This document shows positions 1-13,237 of a DNA stretch of 64,000 nt, in pieces. The translations under genes were made by a program, and so were the position numbers. Positions within the stretch are counted from its first letter, which is position 1. Each line of letters starts with the position of its first letter. The notes below the pieces were generated by a model, which saw nothing but the letters and a program-made list of their open reading frames with translations, did no database searches and had not been told where the DNA came from. The stretch spans positions 1 through 64,000 of the forward strand of contig MCFE01000438.1 in the NCBI GenBank assembly GCA_002104905.1. Reading direction: 5' to 3'. This stretch comes from Basidiobolus meristosporus CBS 931.73. Lineage: Eukaryota; Fungi; Basidiobolomycota.

Positions 1-930
1 ATTTGCTTAAGCATTGAGGTATTGTTGTAGGAGGAAACTTGAATACAAAATGCTTTGTTGTCTTGCAAGAGCAGTAGAATGCTGTAAATAGGTGAGCATT
101 CGAGGTGGTTTGGAGGTTCCCAATCTCACTCTACATGACCACCTGTTGTGTATGTGTATGGCTCTACTAAGCACAATAGAACAGTTTCCTTGCTTTGAGC
201 TCATTGGTCAACTGGGTGGACCTGATACCTAGTCCATTATTTCACTTCAACAGCTGAAATTGAATTCATCTGGGACAGAGTCTGGCTTAATTTGCATAAT
301 ATGTGAGTTTGCTCAATGGAACTATTGCTTTAATTGACTTTTCAGTGAACTGCTACCCCTTGCCTAGCAGGAAGAGCACACCATATACCTCAAGTGTCAA
401 TATTACTCTTATACAAGATGTGTTCTCGCAGAGAATGATGTTGAGTCTGCTGCATTGATCAAAAGCGACAAGATTCAAATTCGATTGTTGAGAGGTTTTC
501 AAACTCGAAGTTATTATCAACCTCTGGTGGATTTATTTCAAGTAACGGTGTGACCGGCAGAGACGAGATTCCCTCTCCTTGATTTGCGTAACAGCCATTT
601 CTAGGAGTGATATGACTTGGGAATATTAGCGTGAACACAACAACAGTGTATGGTACGTTACGAGATAACTAGATCGCACTGATACATTTCTTCAGTATGA
701 TCGATTTCGTAAACACCTCACTCAAGTTATGTGTCATCTGTGACACTTAGGTTTGCTCAATTCTACAAATCGCAGTCTTCACTATAAATCTTTATTATTT
801 ACAAACAGCACATTGCAGCCTTTGTGATAAACGTTGCTTTATGATAGCGCACTTTCGGATCTATTCGAAAGCATAGATTCCAGATTTCATAATAGACGCT
901 ACTTCGGAGCTAACAGCAAGGCTCAAAATG

Positions 931-2976
931 CTAATTCTTTTCGTTAGTACATGCGATGTTCATTCGGGATTGAGCCAGTTCCTCGTCGATCTTGTCGTAA
1001 TGCCCATAAAAATACCAAAATAGAACACCAGTGACGGCATTCAAAATTGCAAATGATCCGTACATCCATACTTCCTGGGATACTGAAGATAGTGCCAAAT
1101 CAATGGCAGTAGCAACAGCTTGGGGTAGCAGCGACAGAGCGGAAACAAGTCCCTTCATCGATTGAGGGGTTCTGGTGTAGCAATACTCAAGTGGTGTAAC
1201 CATGACCAAGACTAGCTGGATGGTCAGTAATGATTCAGTTGAATGTTGAGTGGAAACATACTTTCTGACAATGCCATTAGGAAATATGTGGGAAGCTGCC
1301 ACCACACAGAAATTTGCGGAAGCCCCTGCTTGCTGTGCTTTACGATCTCGTTCTGCGCAATAGCCGAAGACATCATGGCCAGAGCTCCCAATATGAAGCC
1401 TACCACCATTCGCTTCATAGGACGAAACTCAATGTTGTGCCGCTCAAGATATGGATATACGATATACATCAATATAGGGACCAAAACGATCACAAAGAAC
1501 GAGTTGAAATTGAACATTATGTCATTCGGAATCCCGGTCGGCCTGCTCATTGATGATGCTTGCGATACCAAGCTAGATGTTACTTGATTGCTACCTAAAG
1601 CCCAAAGTGTTGTAGGGATCAAGACTATATAGAACCGTTAAGCACGAATAGCGCCGAAGCTCAAATCACCCAAAACTTACTCTTGCAGGCCCTCAAGGTT
1701 TCTTTGGCATTCTCCACAAACTCGTCGTCCCAGGTCTTCGCTTCCCTATCAGCCATTGATTCTGGAGGAACCCCCAGTGGCCCATTATCTTTGGAGCAGT
1801 CCAAGATTGACTCGGGCTTGGGGACCGAATGTTTATAGCGGCCATAGCCATATTTGAAGCATTTGTACAGCTTGACCACAGCTGAGTCTCCAGACGGGGG
1901 CACCTTGTGATACCTGTTTCGACATATGAAGAACATCGAGGTGGACGCTATAGTAAGGACCGCAGGAAACAAGTAACACACCCAGAAACCAACCCTATGC
2001 TCGATCTGTGGGGAGATCACCCCACCAACCAAGGAACCCAACTGCATCACGCCCATGAACCAATGATACACCTGCCGTGCGTTGATTTCCGGATCGATCA
2101 CAACCAGCTCTCCCTTGACTTCCTTAATCTTCATTGTGTCCTGCTGGAATTGATCAGCAGCCATGGGTTGTACGAAGCTCTTGATCCCGCCCGATCCGCA
2201 TGCTATGCGTAGTGAGTAATGATGACCGAAAGCAACCCAGAAAGTCAAGTGCCTTACCAATGATTATAATGGAAATGATGTAGCCAGGAAACCCTACTCC
2301 AGCCTCCAAGGAGGGCGGGATTGATGTCAGGGTCAACAAGGTCCACCCAATGCCAAATACGAAGCAGCAAAACATGATGGTTCGGTACTTTCCCCAGTAC
2401 TGATCGCACAGTATGCCCAAGAACAGGGGCCAGATGTAGCACATGAAAGCAAACACCTGCTTTAATGCGTATGCCGTGGTCTGTCCCTTCCCAAGAGCAC
2501 CGGCCTGATTTTTCAGATTGGGGGGAAACCTCACGTAGTTGATGAAAGTAATCACACCACCGCGGAAGGCGAAGCGCTCGCAAAATTCAACTACTCTGGT
2601 TAGCGGAAACTGGACCTTGATACACCCTAGTAGATACACACTTACTGAAAATGATGATCCAGGATGCCAAAGGGATTCGATCACTGGTTCGCCGAAGCGC
2701 TTGAATATCAATCTCTCGTTCGGACACTGCTTTCTCAAGCGCATCTTGCGTCGTCTCCCGTTGCTTGCCTCCGTTTGCACTATGGACCTCGGTCATTTTG
2801 CGTGCTGAGAGTTCGACGGCGCTCTCACTTATTAAATAATTGTCGGCTGAGACTCCATAGAGCAATTGGGGTTTGTTCTCATGGTTGATGAGAAGATCGG
2901 AAATCGGATCTAGGAAACGCTTCCATATTCCAGGGTCATCCATGTTTTCCGTAAACAAGTCCACGTACATGGTCAT
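931..2976 (-). CDS. PTR2: POT/PTR2-family proton-dependent oligopeptide transporter, 5 exons: 2646-2976 (or from ATG 2796), 2258-2590, 1681-2202, 1262-1624, 931-1211; 549 or 609 aa
   Basis: Spliced product has IEFCERF (ExxERF), GILCDQYWGKYRTI, GSGGIKSFVQPMAADQF, PNDIMFNFN and LEYCYTRTP motifs plus many TM helices. Four GT-AG introns of 50-56 nt restore one frame; exons from 2796 sum to 1650 nt. Start codon is uncertain. Confidence 0.93.
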
Positions 2977-5689
2977 CGTGGTGCTCCTGATTCTCCCATG
3001 GATTCATGAGAATATTACCATTGTTGGCAAGCATGATCAGTGGCTTCCATGCGATGTTCTACTCTATTCTTGCCGGTAGCACAATCGCTGTATGGCCAAC
3101 CCATGACTAATCTGTTGCTCCAACAAAAATAGCCCGCTTCCATGAATGTCGCTAGACTTTGGTGGTGATTCAATTTTGTCTGCCTTAAGGACTTACCCGT
3201 GAGGTACTGAATTTGGCTTACTGAGCCCAGCACCGCAAATGCCCATTTTTGACATCGACAAACCAATCTTTTCGATGGTGTGCAATAGGAAGTCCAACCG
3301 CGAAGGGTCCAGTTTAGATTCAATCCTCTGGGATGTTGAGCCCATATTTAGCCTTGATCTGATAGCACTGATGCTCTTCCTATTGGTGCATTGCAAGCGG
3401 GCCTGAATAGATTCAGAGCACTGACACAACGCCTACGCTCCATCCCTACAGGATCTTTCCTATGTTGAAAGCACTAGGCCATCCTGCCCAGTGTCCCTTC
3501 GGTGGCAAGGTATTGATAGGGGCATGCACAGCAATACGCGAGAGACGAGGAAACGGATACAGCCGCCATTGATCGCTGCCTCTACTCTCGGTGCTTACCT
3601 CTACTCTCGGTGCTTACCTCAGCAATCATCACATAACGGGAAGAAAGGCAGGGTGGAGTGTGGTAGTACTTATCTGATCAAGCATCTGATTCAGCAACGA
3701 GCAGATTGATAGGACGTTCTTGGCCATCAAACACCAAAGGCAACCGTTCACCGCTAGCAGAATGCCAGCTTGGGTAATCACGGAATCTGATTTGGATAGT
3801 AGAGGACCATGCTCCATTTTGAGGATCGGCTTCGCGAATAGTATGGATGGCCACAGTTGGCATTCTGGATTGGTGGATTGCCGTATTTGGGCATGGAATG
3901 CATTGCATTCATTTCCAAAGGAGGTTCCGCGCTGGTGACACAAAAGGGATCCAACAGGTTTGAGGGAGAATCTGGCAACTGGCACTGATGGTGCAATAAA
4001 AACAATCCGATCTTTGCGCATTTCCTTTAAAGCAAACATTCGTCTAGGATGCCACAGCCAGAGAATCAGCGTATATCAAGGAGAGGCAATCCTCCCCATC
4101 GATCCGTGGTCGATGGAAAGCCACCGCGTAGGGAGACGGGCCTGGGGTAGAGGTGGATGACGTAATAAACTTGGCCATGGAAGAGCCCTTCGTTGGTTGC
4201 TTACGTAGAGTGACATGTGTGAAAGTGCCGAATAGGTGTCCACAGTACTGATGGGATTCTAGTCGCTCTGTAAGTCGTTCTATTCAATGCGTCGTTTGGA
4301 AAGGAAACTCCGATGTAACCAATTAATCCACCAGGCATGGGTGAGCTCAAGCTTGCCACCTAACAAGGCATTGTGGACCCCACCAATGATACTTTTGATA
4401 GCTGTGGATGAGAGCCCAGGGTGCGGCCCCAACTTCCAGTCCTTCTAGCTTGCATGTCCATTGATTTGTAATCTGTGCATTAGTACTCAGAATATTCTCA
4501 GGTCTCGTGTAGATGCGAAGAGGAAAGTCACAGATCTTTGGTGCACAATAGCAAAGCTCCCGTTGAAGCTCAACTCTGATCAATGTATACTTCAACATCT
4601 CAGAGTGCCAGTGACCCTGCCCAAAAATTAGAACTCTACTGAGTATGGATATTGGAGGAGATGTTAACTGAGTCAAAGTGATTATGAATATAGGAGCTAG
4701 TAATCGACTATCAATAGTCTAGGCTACCAACACACCATCGTCCTCAATCCCTGATGCATTGCTTGATTCATATATGGTCAAGTCACATGAGGTTTCCTTC
4801 AAGTATTCTATTATGCTTATGGGTTACCACATGAAAAGGCCAATCCTTATCTCGGATTCGATGAAGCTGAGAGGTTGTCAGCACTTCAGACTTCTACGCT
4901 TTCTTTCCTGCTGTTTTCCGGGATGGGCATGTGGCTGACCGTATCCTCAATTACTTCCAAGCCCCCACTTTCACTTGCTCTTGCCATATCAACAGTGGTT
5001 GCGAGTGGGGACCTCTCACCCGTTCGTTTACTGATTAAAACTACATTCATGCGCCATTGATTGAATCGACATGGCTAAGGAAATGAGTGCTCTGCGGAGG
5101 TCATGGGAAGAGCAGTTACTATCCTGGAGAGTTTCTATCTATCCGCAGTATTGCTATATCCACAAATAGCCTTGGGAACAGCTTCCGTTTTTCTGCAGCT
5201 GGGGTACGTACTTGATGAGATATAGATAATCAATGCCCATACACCATACACATGAGCTACATATAGCCGTTTAAAGGAAACAACTAAATTCATGCTTGTG
5301 TACTGATCTGACCCAGATACTAGGCGTTGTATGCATGGAGTTGAGAAAAGGCTGGAAGGAATGGGACCAGGAGTTGGTGTTATAATGCAGCTGGGTGAAG
5401 GGGCATTGTGGTCCAATTCTTTGTCAAATATGAATCCGCACTTGGATATATTACGATTTATTTTTTCCCAATCGACTGGTGAGAGTCATGGAAACTGGGA
5501 TGGGGTGTAAGATTTGAAGCCCTTGAAATGCCCCCAAACTCTGCACACAGGTATCCTTGGCTTACCACAACAAACCCTTAATATATGAGCCATAATTGTG
5601 GAAAACCTTTAGTAGAATCCTAATTAGTCTGGAAGAAACGACAACACAGTCATTTGAAACATACATGCAAATGCGGAGATTTGAACAAG

Positions 5690-6805
5690 ATAACATCTAG
5701 CTCTCCGTATAGAATATGCTTAGGAAGGCCTCAAGTAGATGTGTGCGCAGTTTGGGGCTGTTTGAACAACAATGAGACTTTTCATATCCTGGTTACTTGA
5801 TGCTTTGATGAGATATTCTTTAAATCCCGTTAAAGCATTTGACCAGAAATCTCTAAAATTTGTACACTATGGTCTTGGTGACTGAGCTAAGTGAACACTT
5901 GGGTGTAATCACAGAGTTTAATACATTTTGGACAACTTTACAAGCTCTTATGACGTGGGTGATGGATACATTGGTCAAATATTTCAAATAAATCCCAACA
6001 AAATATTTGGTCAAGATACTTCAAGATTCATAGCTTACAACCCAAATGACCTGGTCAATGCAATATTTTGGTGTAACCACAAGAACCCTTTGAGTAAACT
6101 CAAGCTTGGAATTCATCTGCTTTTCAGCCAGCTTTCTGCTGGTATTCTACTGATATCATGCTGGTATTCAGCTGGTGTCTTTCTTTCAAATTTTCAGTTG
6201 CAATCTTTGCGGAAAATAGTGGTAAGAGCTTGAAGATATTGGAAGTGATTGGGAGGACAAGTAGATTATGTGGCTCTCACTTAATGATTTACTGGATGTA
6301 ATGATAGTATTTATACTTTACATTGTATAGGCAAAACAATCACTTGGAATATACTTAGTGAGGTCTCAACAATATGTGTGCAAGGATTGGGGCTGTTTAG
6401 ACAACCATTAAAAACTTCAGTTCTGGGTAAAAACTTCATGTTCTGGGTGCCTGATGCTTGATGTAAGAGTCTTGGAGATATTGGAAGTGATTTGGGAGAA
6501 CAAGTTGATTATGTGGCTTACACTTAACAATTTGTTGAATGTTAAAGGAATATTTATACTTTTACATGGTCTTGGCATAAAATATACATATAATGTTTAT
6601 GCAGGTCCAAAGAGCATGTGTGCAAAGTTTGGGGCTGTTTGGACAACTTTGAGAGCTTTCATGTACTGGGTACCTGATATTTTGGTGAAAATATTCCAAG
6701 TAAATCCTGACAAGGAATTTGGTCAGAATTCACTAAGATTTGTAGACAATGATCTGAGTGACTAAGTTAGGTGAATATTTAGGTGTAATCATGAGATTTA
6801 CGACA
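5690..6805 (-). mobile_element. Cluster of degenerate Copia LTR-A family copies; best copy about 6459-6805
   Basis: Reverse complement matches the 349-bp LTR at 30022-30370 and 61214-61562 (e.g. GTAAGAGTCTTGGAGATATTGGAAGTGATT, AAGTTTGGGGCTGTTTGGACAAC). Several partial copies; CpG-poor. Confidence 0.8.
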
Positions 6806-7815
6806 ATAATATCAGCAGAATTCCAAGTTTCTCCAAACTTACAACTCTCAATATGTCAGGTACTAGCTATTCGGCAGAAAGCAGACATATTCTCTAGGAG
6901 GAGGCTAGGCCAACTAGCATTCATGCCAAATTTGGTAATCGGCGACTCACTACCTCCACCAAGAATTCCAACTAAAAATTTGAAGGAAAAACACCAGCTG
7001 AATGCCAGCAAAATACCGTCAGAATACCGGCAGATTATCAGATGAATTTCAGGTTTGGGATTTTTCATAGGGGCTTGGTACGACCTTGAAAAATCATGGA
7101 GCCTCTAGTACTTTCACTATTTCATGTGATATCAATGATTATGTACTTCGAATTAGTACTCGCGAGAAAGTTTCGTACCAAGAAAATGCCATGTCTAGGA
7201 TATATGAATAGGTAGGTGCTTAACCAATCACTTGAAACAAAATCTGTGCTATGACTTAGGCACAACTTGCCTCAAAAACAAACTTGGTTTTGCTGGCGAT
7301 GATTTTGATTCAACCTGCTTTCAACGAACCACCTGAAAATCACAATACTTTATGCTTAATCTATCCTTCACCTTCAGACACATCAACTAGCCAATGTGTG
7401 TACGCCCTGATTTCAATGGAAACCTTTACCAAAGTGGTAGAGCCCTTTTGATTCAAGATCAATATTTACTGAATACACGTATGCTCTGAAGTGGGCAGGG
7501 TGTCTGGGCTATGAGTAGGGGTGTCAAGTTCTCAGAGAGTTAACATCATTCAGCACCAGGTACGGAATTGGTTGCCACACGTCTACGGGAATATATTCCG
7601 GATGTTTGATTGGTCACTGCTCTACATACGCTGCCATGGGGTGGCCAAGATGATTGGGTACAAATTCGTTCAAGTACATGCTGATTGGATGCGATGAGTC
7701 GCGTTTATTGACAAAGGAAACGTTAAGAAAATACATGATCAATCATAAAATAAAATATTAAACCAACAAAAACCGCAAAGTCAGACTTCAAAATGGGGAG
7801 GAGAAAGCATTCTTT

Positions 7816-8503
7816 TTAGGAATCAGTTTCCATCGATTGTAGCTCACCGTTAGCCTCCCGAGTGTTCATGTAAGCTTCTAATTCGTCATCCAAACGTGTC
7901 TTGGCAGTCTTCTCGTCTTTCATCATGAAGCTGTCCAACTCCTTATCCAGGTCATCTTTGGACTTTGGAGTTGTTCTGACATGTCCACCGCGTCCGCCAC
8001 GACCACCACGTCCACCGCGACCTGGTTTTCCTCCACGGCTGCCGCGCATTGGGGCTTGGTTTGCAGCAGCCCCACGAACTGAAATACTTCCTTTAACGTT
8101 GGTACGTCCCTTAGGTCCAGTGGCTGCTTTTTTGGCGATTCCTCCCCCAACCCGACTTAAAATCCCACTGGCATCTTTCTTGGAATTACCGAGTCTCTGT
8201 TGGATATCTTGACGTGTAGATGAGCCAGCGGGGATGGCACCTACACGACCTGACAGCTTGACACTGAAACGAGGCCCTTCGCTGGAATTCTTGGTATTCT
8301 CTAACTTACGAGCCTCTGCGATCTTGGAAAACCTAGTCAAAAGATATGGCTAAGTACTAAAACATCTTGTGCACGATATGCGAAACACTAGCTTACCTAT
8401 CGGAAAGAGAGGTTCCGGTAGAAGCGGGAGCGCTTGCGGTAGCAACCACCCGGCGGTTAACGGTGTTGCCGTTTCCTTTTCTGTTGTTGGGGTGTCCACG
8501 CAT
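7816..8503 (-). CDS. CHTOP/Friend-of-PRMT1-like RGG RNA-binding protein; exons 8397-8503 and 7816-8332; 207 aa
   Basis: GTAAGC..TAG intron 8333-8396 joins TSLSDR|FSKIA, like the SLNERF motif of CHTOP. RGG tract (RGGRGGRGGRGG). Duplicated C-terminal motif KSKDDLDKELDSFM / LDDELEAYM of FoP_duplication type. Confidence 0.8.
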
Positions 8504-11084
8504 ATCGAATATGTGTCCTTGAAGTATAACGATCTAATGTCGGAAGAGGTAGCATGAGCGAGAGAAAAAGAAAAAGTGAATAGATATTTTCTTGCAGCCA
8601 AAATGGTATTCCTCTTCATGAAACTCCAAATACTCAAGAACAACTCAGAATTCATTCAACATTCGTGCTACTGCATGCGATATGCAAGTTATTACTTCAG
8701 CGTCTCAATCTCTCCATCCCAAAGCCAGCAAGCTGAGTAATAGATGCAAAACGCGTCCACTCGTACTTCATCGGCATTCCGCTACACACGAGAACACGTA
8801 CTTGTGTTGCAGTACCATGGAATGCCTATGGATTGACCTATGAAGGTGTGAAGCAGCATCGAAGACAATGCAAAACTCACGCCATAGGTCCGTTGAAGGG
8901 TGGGTACAGGGTGCTGGTGGTGTTGGGGTGTCAAGGCACGTACTCGTTTGCTGATCCAAGGGTTGTTGCTTGACAAAACTAGCTTTGTACTCGAATTCCC
9001 TGATTCAGCAAGGTCTCCAAACGTTGCTCAGAAGACTCCACCGTCCCTGTATCCACAAGATGACCACTTCGACACAGCAACAAAGAGCCCAAAGGCTTGA
9101 GGCTATCGATTACTCAATAACAGAGTATACAGGCCATACACGGAACCGATTGCACTTATGGATCTTGTGAAGTATGCCCAAAAGATGACACGGAGATCAA
9201 GAGAAAACCCATTTGAGCAAGAAAATAGGGTATAGAAGGACCAAGTACCTTATATGTGCTGAGTGTCGAAGGAGATATAAGCTATACGCTTACTGTACTG
9301 CAGTTACGCTGAAGGTAGAATAGACAAGGAGTGTTTGAAGCTTCCAAGTGGATTTTCCAGAAAAACAGAATGTCTTCTGATTACGAAGGAAAATGGAATG
9401 CGCAGTGCGTTGTGCGCCTTTTCATAGAATTGATGAGGAATTTTTTCAACGAATCTGGTTGAGCTAAGCTGATGACTCACCCCTGACAATAACTGCCAAT
9501 CAGCCGGAGCTACTCCTGAAAACAATTTATATTGGCTTGAGTGAATTCGACATATCTTCATTATGGATTCCCCATCACGCGTCGATTCTGATTACGCAAA
9601 TTCAACGTAGGGGAGCATTGAATACAAACCGTTGTTTTCGGCTGCGGCAATGCCGTCCGGCTAGTGAATCAAATATGATGAGGAGATCCGTGGACCCAAT
9701 CGTCATCGTGTTTGAGTAGGCCAGGAGCTCTTGTGAGCTTGTCTCTGTTGTGCTTGGTGATCACGATCATGAGCGATAGTTGCTCACCAGATGAACTCCT
9801 GGGCAACATTGGGCGCACAATCCAGGGCGGTGTTTCACCTGGCTTCATGTGAGCCGATGCCCACGCTGGACCGGGGTGGCCATGGAGAGGCCCGGCGGGT
9901 TTGCATGCCCACCTGATCCCTCCAAACAGTGCGTCGTCAGGAAATCACGTTTGGCGCGGCCTGCGTGGATGATTGGCCTTACCATATGGATGGAGAAACT
10001 TCTTTCCAAAAGGGGGAATAAGTTCAGTTGTCCCTGCCAAGTTGCTGATTTCCTAAGCTTAAACCTAAACCCAACCCGAAATGCCTCTCGCACAGGCGGG
10101 TTCTGACTGGTTAATTACACACAGTCCCTTATGGAAACAACAAATCCAATGCATGCCTCTCCATACAACAAAAGGGATGCCAAGCGGGAAACAGACGGAA
10201 TTCGATAGCTGAAGCCGTTCGTCGCGATGCAATTGGCTACGAATTAATTGATTATCACCAAGCAGAATAATATGGTTCTGGCTGCATGCCGATCTCAGTT
10301 CATCTTGGGTCAAATCTTTTCTGCCACAAATTAATCAACAAGACCTCGTCTTCCACCCAGAAGCCTCGACTTGGCTTATGGCATGGCTAGCCAGCGCTGT
10401 GCCGCCGTGACTTTGGCGTAGCCTGGCTGTGTTATATATAAATCGGACTGAAGACTAGCCCGATGTACATTCAACCTCACCATCACAGTCTGAGACAGTT
10501 TCCGGCTCAGTGTTTAAAACGAATCTGAAGGTGAGGGTTTGTTTGGAAAAGTGGCGAGAAGCTGCGATTATTTCATGGAAGTTTCCGAAATGTCTATTTC
10601 ATCTCCACCCGCTCGATCTCCCAGTCGTCCTTTTCGTCACTCTTCTAACCTGATATTGTCACATCACTGAAACCTCAAACAAAATACGTATTTTATTCAT
10701 CTGGGTTTCTAACGCATTTACTTCAAGAATCATTAGTTTCTGTCTCATTCCCTCTTAAAACTGGGTTGATGGAGGATTTCTGGGAACCACGTCGCATATT
10801 ATATCATCTCAGGACCTGCTATATAATCGGGCCATTTCCCAGAGAAAGTCCTCTTATCCCTCTTATTTGAGAACAAGAGTGTCGGGATTGTTAGGGAATA
10901 TACGGCTTCCTCTAGTTCTTGGTCCTTTCGAAGAAAGTTCCTATTCGATCGTCACTTTATCGCTCAGCGTACGGATATAGCCATTGGACTTTGAGCGACA
11001 AAAGCTGCTTTGGTAGCTCCTTGGAGACCCTTAGTTTCATAGCGATCACTACTCCCTCATTCTTGCTTTGTCCTGACAGCCAGA

Positions 11085-13237
11085 ATGGGTCTTCGTCGGT
11101 ATTTGAGTGGGACCTTCATCGGTTCGTTTATGCGCACTCGGTATGTTCGGTTAATTAAAGAAGCGTGTAGAAGTATGAACCCAGAGAGCGAAAAAGAGGC
11201 TCTTTCCGAAGCCACTGATATATTGATCGCTCTATCCCAAGATGGTAAGCCGCCTTTATGTAGCACTCTCAGCTCTCAGTGACTGAAACTTCCCGATCTT
11301 TCATAGAAAGTGAGTTCGTGGAGATCGTGCTCACCATGATCGAGATCCTGGACGAGCAGGATCCTTTATCGTCGGCCTTCTTGTGCCACATCATAGGTAT
11401 TTACCATAAACTCGGAGCTTCAGACTTTCAGTCTGTTTACACTTTACTGTCAGAACTTGCGGCCTTACCTTCGGTGAGGACAGCGCACAAGATCAATTAC
11501 CAACTGTTACAAAAAACCAAAGCTTGTAAGTAGACAGCAGCATTCTTGCCAAGCGTAGGCACCAATGGTAACCGGGCTTCACAGCACCTTTGTTTAGATC
11601 ACATCTTCGCCAGAGATATCGGATCAACTCCTACATTGTATGGAGTGTCTTAGCCGAGCGCCTTGCGGGTATGCTCATCCTTTCCGTATGCGTTGAGGGA
11701 TAGTTTCGAAGAGAACTAACCATTCACTCAGGGAAAGTAAGCGCGATGATATTTACTGAGGAAATCCTAAATAGCTTGATTCATGGGCTATTGGATGAGA
11801 GCGACAAAGTCAAACTTGCTTCGTTGATCGCATTGGAGAAATTTGCCATGACTGGTAATGTTCTGAATGAGATCCATGAAGATCCTTTCCGTATCCTCAT
11901 CCTGCTTAATTTTAGGTGACAATAAATCGAAAATCCTGAAATCCAATGTTGTCCAGCACATCAGTGATGTCATGAAGAGACGAATCAAGTCCTCCCATGA
12001 GTCCAATAGTCTAGCCGAGCACCGACTGCGTGAGCTGAATCTATGTGCACCGTGGTCACTACGTCATGCCTTTGGTAGGTGGAGTGAGTCAGCCAGCGGG
12101 TAAGGCTTGTGGATGTGTTCTAATCGATTGCTGTAGCCGACCGGGAAAAGCCACGTTTTTGTCAAGATCAAGATCATAAGGCTAGCGAGGCACTGTTAGG
12201 AGTAAACGTTACATTGAATTGGTTAGATGCGACACCACGGCTCAAGTGGTTACCCTCAGGGTTGGAGGTTAGTTCGACATAGCTGCTCAATGCTGATCGC
12301 CTTCTCAAACGTCGTTGATGGCAGATACGCAACGACAACACAACCTTCGAATCTGCTCGAGGGACCATGTGCGCAAAAGAGGGGTCTTGGTACTACGAGG
12401 TGCAGCTGCTGACCGCGGGGATTATGCAAATCGGATGGGCTACGAAGTATACGGCATTCAGGCCTGAGGAGGGAGTTGGGGTGGGCGATGATGACCATTC
12501 GTTTGCTTTCGATGGCCGTAGAAAGTTGGCCTGGGTAAGTGTGTCCTGCATCATTGATAGAGTTGGGCGCTGATTTTCGATTTGCAGTCTGATGGCTACC
12601 CTATCCCTTATGGCGCGGTCAATTCCTGGGGTGAAGGCGATGTGCTTGGTGCGCTGCTTGACATGGACTACGGAATGATTCGATTCTATCTAAACGGGGT
12701 GGATCTAGGATCTGCCTTTGAATTCAGTGCCAGGCAGTTGTTGAAATTTGAGGAGGAAGGGGGCTTCTATCCTGCCATTTCCCTCACTTCGTTTCAGCAC
12801 GTGAACGTAAATTTTGGCAAAGAGCCGTTCAGGTAAAGCAGGATCTCTCGATTCTATCAAGCCACTCTGACTCACCATTTTGGCATTGTTCAAGGTTTCC
12901 ACCAACCCAACCCTTCCGAGCATTCAACGACTACGGGAAGCTACCCGAAAGTCTGCATCATACTAGTGTATATCCGACTGTGGGTCAGGAAAAGCTGACA
13001 AATCTGCCGCTTTCCGAGCTTGACCATCGTGAATATGTCAATCCTTGTTCAATATGCTTTGACGGTCAAGCAATGGTCACTTTATATCCTTGCAAACACG
13101 ATGGTCTCTGTTCGCTCTGTGCTATTCTTATCACCAGTTGTCCATTTTGTAGAACACCCATTAGCGAAAGGGTAACGCTAGCGGGGACAGATACAAACAG
13201 CCAGCCCTATCCAGTAGAAAGTTCGACCACAGCATAA
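11085..13237 (+). CDS. RSPRY1: RING finger and SPRY domain-containing protein 1 orthologue, at least 8 exons; 5' end may extend upstream of 11085
   Basis: Spliced segments match animal RSPRY1 in order: QDPLSS, SVLAERLAG, LIALEKFAMT, LCAPWSL, FESARGT..WYYEV..GIMQIGWAT..GVGDDDHSFAFDG (SPRY), FGKEPFRFPP..AFNDY, and C-terminal RING CSICFD..PCKHDGLCSLCA..CPFCR. GT-AG introns include 11245-11279 and 11526-11584. Confidence 0.92.

Noticed and set aside
7074-7182. 10-bp inverted repeat CTTGGTACGA / TCGTACCAAG as a possible MITE
   Set aside because: No TSD and no second copy in the window.
8700-10320. Several 60-85 aa ORFs between the CHTOP-like gene and RSPRY1
   Set aside because: No motifs, and trial splicing did not give a convincing continuous frame.
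10432-10540. TATA followed by a 7-bp inverted repeat (CCTCACC/GGTGAGG) with CTGA motifs, as a possible C/D snoRNA
   Set aside because: No box C (RTGATGA). The stem is short enough to arise by chance, and the region is more simply the RSPRY1 promoter or 5' UTR.
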